Positions 1-12,648 are shown, numbered from the whole stretch's first letter. The stretch: 63,574 bases of DNA, filler included, from Octopus bimaculoides (GCF_001194135.2; 5 parts of 5 records of this genome joined end to end with filler, not necessarily neighbours in it); one strand, 5' to 3'. Notes: a model not told the origin generated them from the letters alone. Numbers and translations: made by a program.

Positions 1-855
1 GATGGTACCTTGCCCCGATTTGTGGCTGAACAAGTTGGAAAGAAGCCTTTTCCGCTTTTTGTGGAAGGGAGGAAAGCCACTCGTGAAGCGCTCTGTCTAC
101 TGCCAGGAACCGTTAAAGGGTGGGCTAGGGATGCCTTGGCTGAGGATGCGAAAATTCGCATTAAGGTTGAGGCACCTTTGGCTTTACCTGGATGGAGAGC
201 AGGTGTGGTCACCGCACACCCAGTTCTACCTTCCGCAATTAACGTCCTTAATGGACGTTGGTAATTGGATAAAGCAGAGACCTAGGCTGGGGGACTGGCA
301 ATTGGAGTGCCAACAGGCACTTCAGCTACTCTCTCGGGCAGGCAATGCCGGCAACAGGAATTCCACCGCAGATTGTTATTGCGGGTTAGTGGGATTTAGG
401 TCCAAAGACGCCTTGGGGGAGACCCTGGGCTACGATGAAAATCAGTTGACCAACCTGTTCAGGAGAACTTTCGGGCCGGGGTATCTGGACAATTACCAGA
501 AATCCCTGGCTTGGCAGTGCTTCCATGCGGTGTTACCTATTTATGATAAACTGTCAAGGCACGGAAGTGCTGTATCGCCGACATGTCTGAGGTGCAGGCA
601 CGACAGGGAAACCGTCTTGCACGCATTCGTGGAATGTCTGGAATTAACGAGACTGATAGTTTTCGCAGAACAACTGTTGTCATCGATGGGAAGAATACAG
701 CTATCATCGAGATTGTACCGCCTCCTTCCCTCAACAGGGAAAGGAAGGCTTGCTTTTCCTGCGTAGTAGCCATACTGAAAGAAACAGTATGGAAGACGCA
801 TTGTGTGCAACATTGCTTATGAAAGTGTATACATTTGAATATAATATAATATAAT
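1..855 (+). mobile_element. L1/Tx1-clade LINE ORF2 3' fragment (post-RT region plus CCHC zinc knuckle)
   Basis: ORF 2..766 contains LFRFLWKG...KGGLGMP, QKSLAW and CLRC-x-ETVLHAFVEC, typical of the L1/Tx1 ORF2 C-terminus. It ends in an (ATATA)n tail near 835-855. Confidence 0.85.
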
Positions 856-866
856 GGACCCGCAAT

Positions 867-1028
867 ATGAATACTGCTGGTAAAATGGAGCTGATAAGGA
901 TGGACTCATCACTTAAAAACATACCTATCCCACCTAAGGACACATATATTAAAGAACTAATCTTAAGAATAAATGAATTCATTCATAGAATCCATTGGAG
1001 GATACATCAAACATTTGTATATTGTGGT
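867..1028 (+). mobile_element. Penelope-like element ORF N-terminal fragment
   Basis: SLKNIPIPPKDTYIKELILRINEFIHRIHW resembles the YSLKNIPIPS...RWKA N-terminus recalled from invertebrate PLE ORFs; not verified by search. Confidence 0.5.
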
Positions 1029-1226
1029 TTTTGTAATTTTAGTTACAAAATAAATTAGTTAGTTCAACAGAATACACTGTCTGCAAGTCGATGGATACCG
1101 CATATTCTCCTCTATTTTCTAATTGCTATATATATTTAGGGTAAAATACCCCCCCCCCTTTTACCTGCACCCAATTATTACACTTGGTATAACACTAGTG
1201 TAACAATAATTGGGTACCCTCCCAGC

Positions 1227-1286
1227 ACCACAATATACAAATGCTTGATGATGTATCCTCCAATGGATTCTATGAATGAATTCATT
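1227..1286 (-). repeat. Inverted copy of 972-1028
   Basis: The reverse complement matches aatgaattcattcatagaatccattggaggatacatca...tttgtatattgtggt, with a small insertion. Confidence 0.9.
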
Positions 1287-1458
1287 TTTTTTCCTCCTTT
1301 CTTTTTCTCCTCTTTGAGTTATATTTAGAATATACCCCTTCCAAACATTCATTTTTGGAGGGAATTCTTTGATAAAGTGTAGTTCTGCATGAAAATACAT
1401 TAGTATAGTATTTGAAAATTAACTATTTGAAAAATCAAGCAGTAAATAAAATAAAACG

Positions 1459-1460
<2 letters not shown>

Positions 1461-1546
<86 letters not shown>

Positions 1547-1566
1547 TACATATATATATATATATG
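1461..1566. repeat. Compound (TA)n(CA)n microsatellite
   Basis: Directly visible dinucleotide runs. Confidence 0.95.
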
Positions 1567-1949
1567 TAAAGCTAGAACATCCCAATGCAACACATATATA
1601 TATCTGAACATTTGTAGAGATGAGCCACATTTGGAATAAAGAATTCAAATTCTCCACTTTACCTTAAAACATTCAATTTTAGGGAGAATTCCTTGATGAA
1701 GTGTGTGTATGTGTGTGTGTGTGTGTGTGTGTGTTGGGAATATGTCCATGTTTATACTATGTAACTTTGATCACACCTCTTTCAATTCCATGATTTTGTG
1801 TTAGAGAACATTAGTATAACACTTACAAAACGTACTCTCTCTGCTTTTCTTTCAAACATTCAACTTTGGAGAGAATTTTTTGATGAAATGTAGTTCCATT
1901 GCTTTTCAGTATTATAGATCATCCCATGCACATTTGTAAAAGGGAAAAA

Positions 1950-2850
1950 TTTTGAAATTTCTATTGCTGCATATTTCCAGATGCTTACTTAATGGAATCT
2001 TGCATAATTCTTCTTGTTGGATATGTTGCCTGTGGATTCTTGCATATTGGCAGAAGGAATTATTTGTTTCGACAATGTATCAAACAATGGGACACAATTT
2101 ACAGGCACGAGTTCAAAAATTTCTTCAAAATGCATACAACCAAGCACATTTTTACCCTGCTCTACCACCCAAAATCAAATGGGCAAGTAGAACGATTCAT
2201 AGACACTATTAAGCAAGCACTAAAATAAGTAAGGAATGAGTTAGGAAATGACAAAGCACTAACTCGGTTCTTAAGGGTGTACAGAATAACACCCAATCTG
2301 AATACAAGTTCAAGCAAGTTGCCTGCAGAGCTAATGTTTGCTCAGAAGATAAAATTTATCTTTGATAAATTATTACCAAAGAAAAAAAAAAATGTAGAGA
2401 AAATACAAAAAATTCAACAAAACATTTTGATGTGGAAGACAAAGTCCATTTCAGAATATACAAGAACAGTAAAGAAGGTTGGGAGAATGGTATAGTGATT
2501 AAAAGAATTGGAAACATGATGTATTTAATAAAAGGCCAACGATGGGAACATAAATGACACCTAAATCTATTAAAAGCTAGACATATGGAAGAAAGGAAGG
2601 AAATTCCAATGGAAGTGTTTACGACATGTTCAATATTCCAGCACCGAAAGAGATTAAGCCTAGAAGGAGCAGTATTAGAAAACGTAAACAGACTAAACAT
2701 TTAGAAATAATTTCAAGTGGAAAAGGTACTGAACTCCTTAGGGAATCAGAATCACAAAAAGGGAGAGGTGTTGGAAAGAAACAAAAAATAATAAAAATAA
2801 AATAAAATAAAATAACTGGTTTATATTAAAGAATAAAGATATTGTGAGTT
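1950..2850 (+). mobile_element. Ty3/Gypsy (K02A2.6-like) integrase remnant with polypurine tract and start of 3' LTR
   Basis: Frameshifted rve core: DNGTQF-like region, YHPKSNGQVERFIDTIKQALK, YRITPN...PAELMF. A purine tract (aaaaagggagagg) is immediately followed by TGTTG at 2769. Confidence 0.8.
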
Positions 2851-2930
2851 GGAGTCAGAGTCAATATAATTTTATCGACTCTGACTACTCCTTAATAGTT
2901 TCTGACTCCGACTCCGACTCCACAGTCCTG
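2851..2930. mobile_element. MITE end with GACTCC subterminal repeats
   Basis: ggagtcagagtc at the left and gactccgactccgactccacagtcctg at the right; resembles GGAGTC-repeat MITE termini. Confidence 0.45.
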
Positions 2931-3356
2931 GTTGTTACCCAGCTTTGTTATAAGTTTTATTGACTTATAACAAGAACAGAATGGAGTAAGTGGAGCAAGA
3001 ACACGCACGAAAACGAAAAGTGTCGCTTAAGAGGTCACAGATGTGTGACGAAAAATTTCTGGACAATGGACATGAGTTAAAATAAAAAAACGACAGTAAT
3101 AAACGAATGAAGGACAAATATATAGTGCATGTGTTTATTTGACAGATGCTATTGTGCAGTTTCTAGCTCCCACTTAGTTATGATAGTAACATGAATTTCT
3201 TGCTTTAGCGAGTTTCTATAGATGTTTTATCCCACACTATGCTGAAATGACTCTTACCCTTTAACAGAATTGTTATAATGTCAAAAAAAGAAGCTCTAGG
3301 AAATTCTTTTAGCATCAGAAGAATTATGATTGTTTAACAGGATTAAAGAGAAATTA

Positions 3357-4465
3357 CATTAGTCAACAACAAAATTATTGTCCAAATTTTTTTTAGCTGA
3401 TTCAGGTAAATTCTGATGTGTTATATCCCAAAATCACATTGGTTTTGCTCAACCAGGACAGCTTTTTGAACTATGGCCACATGTTATTTTTTATGTTTTT
3501 GTTTATATGTACGAGTATTTTTGCTTTATATGATGCAAAATTCTTTTTTATTTCTTGAAATAAACAAATTCAGAAGAGTTTGCATGTGCCTATTTATGAC
3601 TAATTGGTATTTTTATTTTACAGGTGAATGAAATGGCTTCGACCAAAAGATCTTGTAAATGTAAGCCCAACATATTCTGCTACATCTGCGGTGAATACAC
3701 CATTGTTTCTAACAGGAATCCAGTCACAAGTTTCATAAAACATGCTTACCATGCTTATTTTCTTATTTTGCTATCAAATTTGGTGACCAGGACAAAGCTT
3801 GGGTGCCACACATGGTATGCAAAGTATGCACCAAGAATTGACGTCAGTAGACCAAAGACAAGAAGAGTTGTCTGAAGTTTGGAATTCTCATGGATTGGAG
3901 GGAACCAACAAACCATGGTACTGACTGCTATTTCTGTGCTTTTAATGTGACTGGGATCAACAGAAAGAACTGGAGCAGCCTTAAGTATCCTGATCTTCAA
4001 TCTGCATGTCGTCCTTTAACTCACTGTGATGAAATTTCAGTACCTGTCTTCAGAGAACTTCTTAACACTATTGATGAAGAATCCTCCAGTGTTCAAGAAG
4101 ATGAAGAGGAAGTAGTTCTTGATGATGATGCTCCACATCCTTTTTCCAAAAAGGAACTAAATGATCTAGTTCGTGACCTCAGATTGTCAAAGTTCTCTGC
4201 CAAACTGTTGGCATCCAGATTGAAGGAAAAAAAATCTCCTCTGAATTTTGAACAATGATGACACAGCATTTAATTTACATGTACTTATCTTTGTCAGTGT
4301 CTCTATTCAATTTACAGTAATCGAAGCTTGTAACATTTAATTAATAAATTGTGCTAGAAAACAATTTTTTAAATCTTAAAACCTATTTCGGATGAGAAGT
4401 ATTAACAAAAATCAACTGTTAATATCACAAAAATGTAATCAATTTAATGAATAATATCTGAAGCA

Positions 4466-4500
<35 letters not shown>

Positions 4501-4693
4501 AAATCAACCAATAATGTCAGAAAAATGTAATCAATTTAGTCAGAAGATCGGATTTTAAAAAAAGCAACTTAGCATAGAAACCTGACCTGATCAAGAGAAA
4601 CGGATGTCATTTTCAGATTCACTGGTGCAAAATTGTTCTAAACCAGTTGAAAAAACTAAAATAATGTACGAGAAAATTTTTTGTTATCCAGTG
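3357..4693 (+). mobile_element. Internally deleted Chapaev3-type (CMC) DNA transposon
   Basis: Transposase N-terminus with FCYICGEY, (L)GDQDKAWVPHMVC and WREPTNHGTDCYFC (frameshifted). The right end ...ttttttgttatccagtg matches the degenerate left end cattagtcaacaacaaaatt..., and both ends share subterminal aaaat(g/c)acat motifs. The catalytic region is absent. Confidence 0.7.
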
Positions 4694-4849
4694 TTAGCTA
4701 AGGTTACTTATCAACTCATCTCATAGCAGATGTATCCCTTTTTCTGTTGGTAAATCCTGCTGACATGGGAATCAGTGGTGATTTACAACAATATATTCAG
4801 GATTCTTGATAACTTTTGTTTTCTTTTTGTCTCAGAGTGTTTGAAACTG

Positions 4850-5380
4850 GCCAAATTTAGATATAGTACTTTTGGTCAGGAATTATTAGTAGTGCATTTA
4901 TCAGTTATACATTTTCATCATTTTCAGGAACAAAAGAATTTTGCCATATATACTGACCATAAGCTGTTTAACTTTTGCTCTTCAGTCTAAATTGGATAAA
5001 TATTCTCCAAGGAAAATTAGGTACCTTGATTTTGTTTCAGTTTACTGTTGGTATTCATTATACCAAGGGATCTAACTATTGTGTAGCTGATGCTCTACCC
5101 CAGCTATATGTGGAAAAAATTGCTGTGGACCAAGAAATGGATGAAAAATTGCTGCAGCTAAAGAATTCTTGAGTCATCTTTAGAATCCGATCTTGTTGCT
5201 CTATGTGCACAATACTTCAACCATTCATGCAGTATATCTGCTAAATAGATATATATTATGATTCTGAAATTCTTTTTCCCCCAAATCTCAATTTCCTTTT
5301 TATTTTTGCCCTTTTTGTTCACCACAAAGCAATTCCAGAAGTTCACCAACTGTACTCTGAAAGAGTATGCTTTGCTTAAT
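4850..5380 (+). mobile_element. Degenerate Gypsy RNase H / integrase-linker fragment
   Basis: YSTFGQELL...IYTDHK and QF...IHYTKGSN..VADAL match the Gypsy RNase H motifs YSxFDRELLA, YTDHKPL and ADALSR. Confidence 0.7.
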
Positions 5381-5589
5381 GACACAACTCACTGTCCAGT
5401 AAAAGAATCGATGTTATTGTGAGCTCAAAACTCTAACCACTAGGCCATGCATCTCCACTAACACTGTGCATCTCCACTAATACTGGTGATGAATCTTCAT
5501 CATTCAACGATTGAGATTCTGTTGTTTGATCAACTGAATTACCTGTTCCTGATAGTGGCAGAGTAATTTACAGAAATGAGCAGAAGCCC

Positions 5590-7040
5590 AGGAGTGAAAA
5601 TTGCTCAAGGGGTGCAAACTCAGGTTCAAACTTTTTACCAACAGGTGGATTTTTTTCAATCTTAATATCAAAGCAAACACAGGTATGATAATATAAAAAT
5701 ACGGATCCAGAAGATGCTCTCGTCTAATTTTGCTATCTCGCGGTACGCCCACCTTCCCACCCCTCCACCTGTACCGCAAGACCCTATTCTCTGTCATCCT
5801 TTGGTTGTCTCCCATGAACACTTCTAAAGGCTTAACTCCATCCCCACCCCTACTTAGAGTTTATCTCCTATGTAAGATAGTGATCATATAGTGCATAAAA
5901 ATGACAGTGTAGTGTATGCAGGTTGAAGACTATTGATTGCTTATTGTTTGTTTATGAATTCTGCCAAATACGAGCTTTCTTTTCAGGTACATGACGCTGA
6001 TGTCCCCCATCCCAAGGTCACACAGGCCCACATCTCCCACACTCTCAGAGTTGGCACACTCAATGTGGGCATACTGAAAGGTAGGTCTGGTGAGATTGTT
6101 GAGATGCTTGAATGGAGACGGGTAGATTTGTGCTGCCTCCAAGAAGTAAGGTGGAGAGAAGGTTCCGCTAGGTTCCTCACAGGCAAAGAACACACATACA
6201 AGATTTTCTGGGCAGGGAACACTGATGGGGTCGGGGGCGTGGGTATACTTCTTGTGGAGAAATGGGTTGATAAGGTAATCGAGGTAGTCAGAGTATGCGA
6301 TAGAATATTTAAGATTAGATTAGTGCTACATCATGAGTTAGCAACCATTATCTTAGCCTATTCCCNNNNNNNNNNNNNNNNNNNNNNNNNNNNNNNNNNN
6401 NNNNNNNNNNNNNNNNNNNNNNNNNNNNNNNNNNNNNNNNNNNNNNNNNNNNNNNNNNNNNNNNNNNNNNNNNNNNNNNNNNNNNNNNNNNNNNNNNNNN
6501 NNNNNNNNNNNNNNNNNNNNNNNNNNNNNNNNNNNNNNNNNNNNNNNNNNNNNNNNNNNNNNNNNNNNNNNNNNNAACTTCAGGAAACCTGCCAGTCACC
6601 TAGTCACCTACCGTTCTGGCAGACACACTAGCCAAATTGACTACATCCTCGCCAGAAAAAGGGAAAGATGGCTGCTTATAAATGCCAAAACCTTCCCAGG
6701 CAAAGAATGTACCCCACAACATAGACTAGTAGTTAGCAACTTCAGAATCAGGGCTAAATGAATGCCCAGAAGATGACCAGCATGGATGAGAAGGGTCTGG
6801 AAACTTAAAGATCCTGTGAGTGGACAGAGATTTAGAAACGTATTACTCGAAGCCTTTGACGAAATAGAAGGGGATATAACATCACATGATGTGGAAGACA
6901 ACTGGAGGTTTCTACGGGACAATCTGTTGAGGGCCACTGACCAGATCTGTGAATGGTGCAAAGTTCCCTCTCGACCCAAGGTAATGTGGTGGTGGAACAA
7001 TATTGCTGACAGGGCTATTATGGAAAAGAAACAGGCTTGA
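5590..7040 (+). mobile_element. RTE-clade LINE, 5' part (AP endonuclease), interrupted by a gap
   Basis: LRVGTLNVG...VDLCCLQEVRW, GVGGVGILL and, after the gap, SQIDYIL and TPQHRLVV: APE motifs, with stop codons. Confidence 0.85.
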
Positions 7041-7635
7041 TTCTTCAACAATGGAACTACGAAATGCTATCGTCTTTCATTTAAGATTTCCTTAATTATC
7101 TTTCACTAAGTATGTTCTTTAATTCTTTGATGAACTGGTAACTACTAATATCCTTTATTAAAGATATTTCTTAATTTTTTCTCTCCAAAGATGGAATGGT
7201 TGACTTACATGGAAAGCTTTGCTCAATGACATGATCCACTTGCTCAGCTATTCTAGAAACCACTGTAAGAAACTTTACGTTTCATTTCTTAATCCCTTAT
7301 TTACTATAACTACTCCGCAATTATGTTTGTATTATAGATTACATACTCTAAAGTGATACCACATTTTACTCATTCATCTCTCTTTCTAATATATATCTAC
7401 CAGCCCAATGATGAACCACTTGTAGCCATCTTTGATAGGCAGCTTCAAAAACACCTTTGTTTCAGCTGGTGTTCAAGATGGAGTTTTAGTGGTAAACCAA
7501 CCTGAGCACTTATAGTACAGTACATATGTATTACATTGTCATTAGATGAAGTTTTTTTAAATATATGTGTATATTTATATATATTTGTGTGCATATATAT
7601 ATAAATGTTTATAAATATATAATGTGTGTGCATAC

Positions 7636-7670
<35 letters not shown>

Positions 7671-7922
7671 AACACTCAATATTTCATCTACATTCAATAC
7701 TTTCTTTCATGGTGCCATCCATTTTTATTTTATTTTATATTATATATTGTATATTATATTATATATTGTATATTCCATATTCTATACCCCACATTAGTTC
7801 TGCAGGAATATAAATAAAACATAAAAAACAGACAGTGTTGGAACTCTTTTAAGCAAAATAATATATTCCTCTATACACAATCATACAAAAAAAACCCACC
7901 TTTTTTTGTATTTATTTTTACT

Positions 7923-7982
<60 letters not shown>

Positions 7983-7994
7983 GTATGCGCATGT

Positions 7995-8022
<28 letters not shown>

Positions 8023-8026
<4 letters not shown>

Positions 8027-8140
8027 CAGGCTTCTTTTCTGTCTGCCAAATCCACTAACAAGGCTTTGGTTGACCCACAGCTATAGTAGAAGACACTTGC
8101 CCAAGGTACCACGCAGTGGAACTGAATCCAGAACTGTGTA
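8023..8140 (-). mobile_element. SINE family A fragment
   Basis: Reverse complement of the head of the 46711-47085 element (...cactgcgtggtaccttgggcaagtgtcttctactatagc). Confidence 0.75.
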
Positions 8141-8179
8141 GGTTTCAGTCATAGGACTGCAGCTATGGTGGAGTACCAC

Positions 8180-11100
8180 CTTAATTTATTTTCGGTCAGC
8201 TTTGTTGTCCCTTTATGGCTGGAAGCTGGTCTGTGATTGAGTTGGTAGCAGCTGATCTCCTCTGAGTGCATCCTTCAATGGCTGACTGGTCTGGTATCAT
8301 TGTTAGGAGCTTATCCAATATTTTTTTTCGTCTAATGTTTTGGAAGAGGTTCCTTTGATATTTTTGATTATTTTAGGCAGGCAATTGAACAGTTGAGGAC
8401 CTCTAAATATCAGACTTGTACAATAAAGTGTTTTTGCTTGTGATTTTGAAGGTGGTATATGTGGAAGCTGATAGTATCTAACAGTTTGTGCATTAAAATT
8501 CTCTTTAATGCTGAAGTTTGGAACAGGATTGTAGAGATACAACACTTTCAAATATTCCCAGTAGTTAAGGCTTTTAAAGGTATTATAGTTCTATATTTAA
8601 GGGATGAGGAATTGTGTACATTATTTACACTATTTACAATTGACGGATATTTGTCCTCATCTTGTTTGTTGTTAACACAATGTTTTGGCTGATATACCCT
8701 CCAGCCTTCATTAGGTGTCTTGGGGAAATTTCGAACCTGGGTTCTCATTCCTAAGGTATTTTTTTATGTTATTATTATTATTATTTAGCCTAATTACTGG
8801 TTCTCTTGTCATGAAGGTTTGTAGAATCCATCCTATGAGATGTCAGCATTTAGAGGTCAGTTTATTGATGTGGCTAATGAAAAGATACATCATTTGATAT
8901 GATTACTTTAAAGTTCTGTGTGCCATTAGCACTCTGAATCATTCTGGTGTCAAATATGATTTGTATGTATTCCCTCTGTAACAAAGAACCTGAAATTTTG
9001 ATGTATCAAATACCACATTATTTCAATCCACCCATTGATAAATGAGGTTTAGCTCATTTTGGAATGTAATAGTATCTTCTGGAATTTGAATAGCCATTGA
9101 TATTTTTGCATTATTGGCATAACTCATTTGTTTGGATGAGTGCACTTCTGATAGGGTGGTGATAAATAATAATATTACTAGAACTGTTCCTTGAGGCATA
9201 CTACTTATTACAAGTGACTTTGCAGAGCAAAAACCATTTCCAGCAACAGATTGGCTCCTACCATGTAGGAAGTCAAAGAGCCATTCTCTGAGTTTTCCTG
9301 TTTTACCAAGATCCCTTAACTTATGACAGATGATTCCATGAACAAGCTTGTCAAACGCTTTAGCAAAATCAAAGTATATACAGTCAGTGTCCTTTCCTCT
9401 CAAGAGATTATTAAGAATAGTGTTATGGTGCTGTAATAGTTGTGAAAGGTAACTTCATCCAGTTCAAAAACCATGCTGTATGTCATCTACAAGATGACAT
9501 ACAGCATGTAGATTCTATTACAGACAATGTGGTTCATGATTTTATATGTGTGAGATATGAGAGACACGAGACTGTAATTTTTAGCTTCAGCCCTGCTACT
9601 CTTCTTTGTGTATAGATGTTACTATTGTGTCTTTCAGTAGTTCTGGGAATTTTCCTGTACCTAGTGACTTTTGAAATAGTATCTTTAATGGTTTCATGAG
9701 ACTGTATTTGCACATTTTTAGCAGTATGGCTGGGAGACCATCTGGTCCAGATGCTGAGTTTCAATCTCGGTCATTAGCTGTAAGTATATCATCTTCCATC
9801 ATATCAATTAATTTTAGATGAGTTCTGAGGGTCAAAGAATTCTTTTGGCCTATATATTATTTTGTTAACTATAGGTTGGGAAAATGCACTGTCATAATGT
9901 CAACTCAAGAAGTGCATATTTGTGATGAATTATTTGTAATATGATCCATTTTGATCCAGTAGAGAGCAATCTGGTTATGTGTAGCTGATTTTTGTTTAGT
10001 GAAGTGGAAAAAAAAACTTGAAAATAGATTTTATATTTATACTGCTTATTGTTTCCTTAGTGAAGTTTCTTTTTCATGAGATAGTTTTAGGTCCAGTTCA
10101 ATGTTCTTTTTTTTTCTCTCAATCTCATCTGTTGAGAGAGATTGGTTTTTTAGTTGTTTTGTTGGTTTGGTTCTGTTACATGTTAGTATTTGTCTATCTC
10201 ATGGAATCAAATACTTGTAGGAATAGGTGTGTTTATATGGGGTATGCTTTCAACAGATCCTGATTAACTCTTACATAGAAAATTCATTCCCTCATTAACA
10301 TTGGGGTTCCCAATATGTGGAGACCAGTTTGTTTCAAGGATTTCAATTTTGATTTCCTTCCACTTGGCCTTCCTGAAATTCAAGTTCACTTGGAGTGAGT
10401 TATGTTTGATGTTATTTGTGTGTGTTGCCTTCCTTGATACTTGTATAATGTTGTAGTCAGAAATAGCTGTGTGACCTGAACATTGTGAAGTCTGTATTAG
10501 TGTTAAAGTCTAGGTTGAATATCTTATTTCCCCTAGTTGGACAGGCATTGATTTGTTGCATGAGGGAGTCTTTAGTGGCATTGAGAAGAGCATTCATATG
10601 TCACCTGTTCAGGTTGGATATAACACTCAGGCCAGCTGAGACTAGGAAAATTGAAGTCCCCTGCTAATGGTACATTGGCCTATGGGCTGAGCTTATTTGG
10701 GGTTTGACTTATGAGCAACAAAGCATCTTCGAAGTGATCTCCATGGTTAGCTGCATCAGGAAGACAGCAGGTAATGTCTATGATCAAGTTGAGGTCAATC
10801 ACATGCATTATTAGTGTATTACACACTGTGTTGAAGTGGGATAGGAGGACATTTGTTGCCAGGTCTTCTTGGATGAAGATCACTATTTCTCCTTATTTCT
10901 GTATTCTATTGTCAGTTCTGCATAGTATATAACCTGACATATGTACTTCTGCATCCAGTATGTCTGGGGTCAGGTGTGTTTTACTTAGTGCTACACATAT
11001 TGTCTTTTCATTGTACAAGGTCTCTCTCACTGCACAAGCTCTCTAAAATATGATACTTTAGTTCAATTTGTGAAGTGTGAAAGACCTTGTATATTCGATA

Positions 11101-11950
11101 TTATTATTGAGTTGAGATTGTGCGTTAATGACATCAATGGTGTAGTAAGCATTGGCTGGTGCTGTATGAGAGCTAGAAGTTTTTAAAAATTTCTTTTGCC
11201 AGGTTCATCATTGCTAAAAAAGAATTTTCTTCTTTTGGGAGGGTTTGTTGTCTGGAGTTGGTATTGCACTGTTGAATATGGTTGTAGTTATATGGTTTGC
11301 AGCTGCATTGTGCCCAGTAGATATCTGGGTGACTTCTGGGTTTTGATGAAAGTCTGGAACAACACTGCCACTGTAAGGGATGTTTCTACTGTGAATTTGG
11401 TAGTATCATGCTTTTACTAGTGCATCAGGTCCCTGAAAGATGAGACATAATCTTTTGTGTTGGGATAGTCTCTTGCATTGAGAATAGTAGCAGGCATATG
11501 TGGGGGATTTGTGTGTTCATAATTTTCTTTTATTTACAGTTGGCAGATTTATCATGGAGCAGTCAGGTATACATCCAGATTGAGGTGGACTGTGGGGGAA
11601 GAAAATATTAGTAGTGGTAATGGTAGTACAGTAGAATAGGATAATGATGGTGATGATGGATCTCTTGTGTTATTCTGAGAAGAATTTCAGTGGCCTGACT
11701 GTGGAGAAGAGCTAGAGACTGTGTTGTTTAATAGGTCATCTATTGTTCTAGCATTGAAAAATGACTTCCAATGCTGATCTTGTTCTTGCTATTGTTTAGA
11801 TGTGGTGAGGGTAGTAGCAGTAGAACATGTTGACAATGATGATGAAGGGTCACTTGTGATATTCTGAGGAAATGAGGAAGTAATTAGCTGAACTGTGAAG
11901 GGCTCTTGATTGTGGGGTTTAATAGTTCATCAACTGTGCTAGTATTGAGA
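8180..11950 (-). mobile_element. Long degenerate CR1/L2-group LINE (endonuclease, RT, 3' end)
   Basis: Minus-strand translation gives an APE region (ICVALSKTHLTPDILDAEVHMSGY), RT motifs (YFDFAKAFDK, PQGTVL, YANNAK) and a C-terminal FRGPQLFNCLP shared with 61200-62095. Confidence 0.75.
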
Positions 11951-11971
11951 GAGTGGATGTGGTTGTTGCTG

Positions 11972-12007
<36 letters not shown>

Positions 12008-12031
12008 CTATATATATATATATATATATAA

Positions 12032-12615
12032 TTTAAATATAGGATAAAATCTTTATAAGAATTTATCAAGTAGTTAGCGTAGAAAAACCTCATAAGGGAA
12101 AAATTTATTAATTATTCCCTATAAATATATTTATTTATTTATATTAAGGGCATTACTATATATAAATGCCTCATGCTAGGACGGACTCTTAAAGTCAAAA
12201 CGACCATAATAAACACATAGTACCGAACACGAGGAAATGCAACACTCAAAGTGAGCCACCTAAAATCAGACTCAGTTATATATCATATGATTTCGAAATT
12301 AATGCACAAGATGCAGTCTTTTCTCATCAGTACAAGCATAGTCAAGACATATAAAAATAAACAAAAATCAACATACCAGGCGAACATCACATGTATCCAG
12401 CATAGTACATAGAAATTGTTTACACCTATATATCGATGTAAGAGGCGAGCTTTTCAAATTGCATCTCAGTACACGTGTTTGTTCAGAATAAAATTCAGTA
12501 TTGAATATAATCCGGTTAAATTTACAGTTTAAATATAGGATAAAATCTTTATAAGAATTTATCAAGTAGTTAGCGTGAAAAAACCTCATAAGGGAAAAAT
12601 TTATTAACTATTCCC

Positions 12616-12619
<4 letters not shown>
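12032..12619 (-). mobile_element. 496-bp hammerhead-bearing unit with 92-bp terminal direct repeats (retrozyme or PLE pseudo-LTR-like)
   Basis: 12032-12123 and 12528-12619 are near-identical, a hammerhead lies between them, and both ends abut (TA)n tracts. Confidence 0.65.
12276..12335 (-). ncRNA. Minimal type I hammerhead ribozyme, intact catalytic core
   Basis: Minus strand reads UUGUA CUGAUGA GAAA-loop-UUUC GAAA UCAUAUGA UA UAUAA: full CUGAUGA and GAAA core, 4-bp stem II, palindromic stem III (AUCAUAUGAU), AUA cleavage triplet and a 5-bp stem I with one G-U pair. Confidence 0.8.
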
Positions 12620-12648
<29 letters not shown>

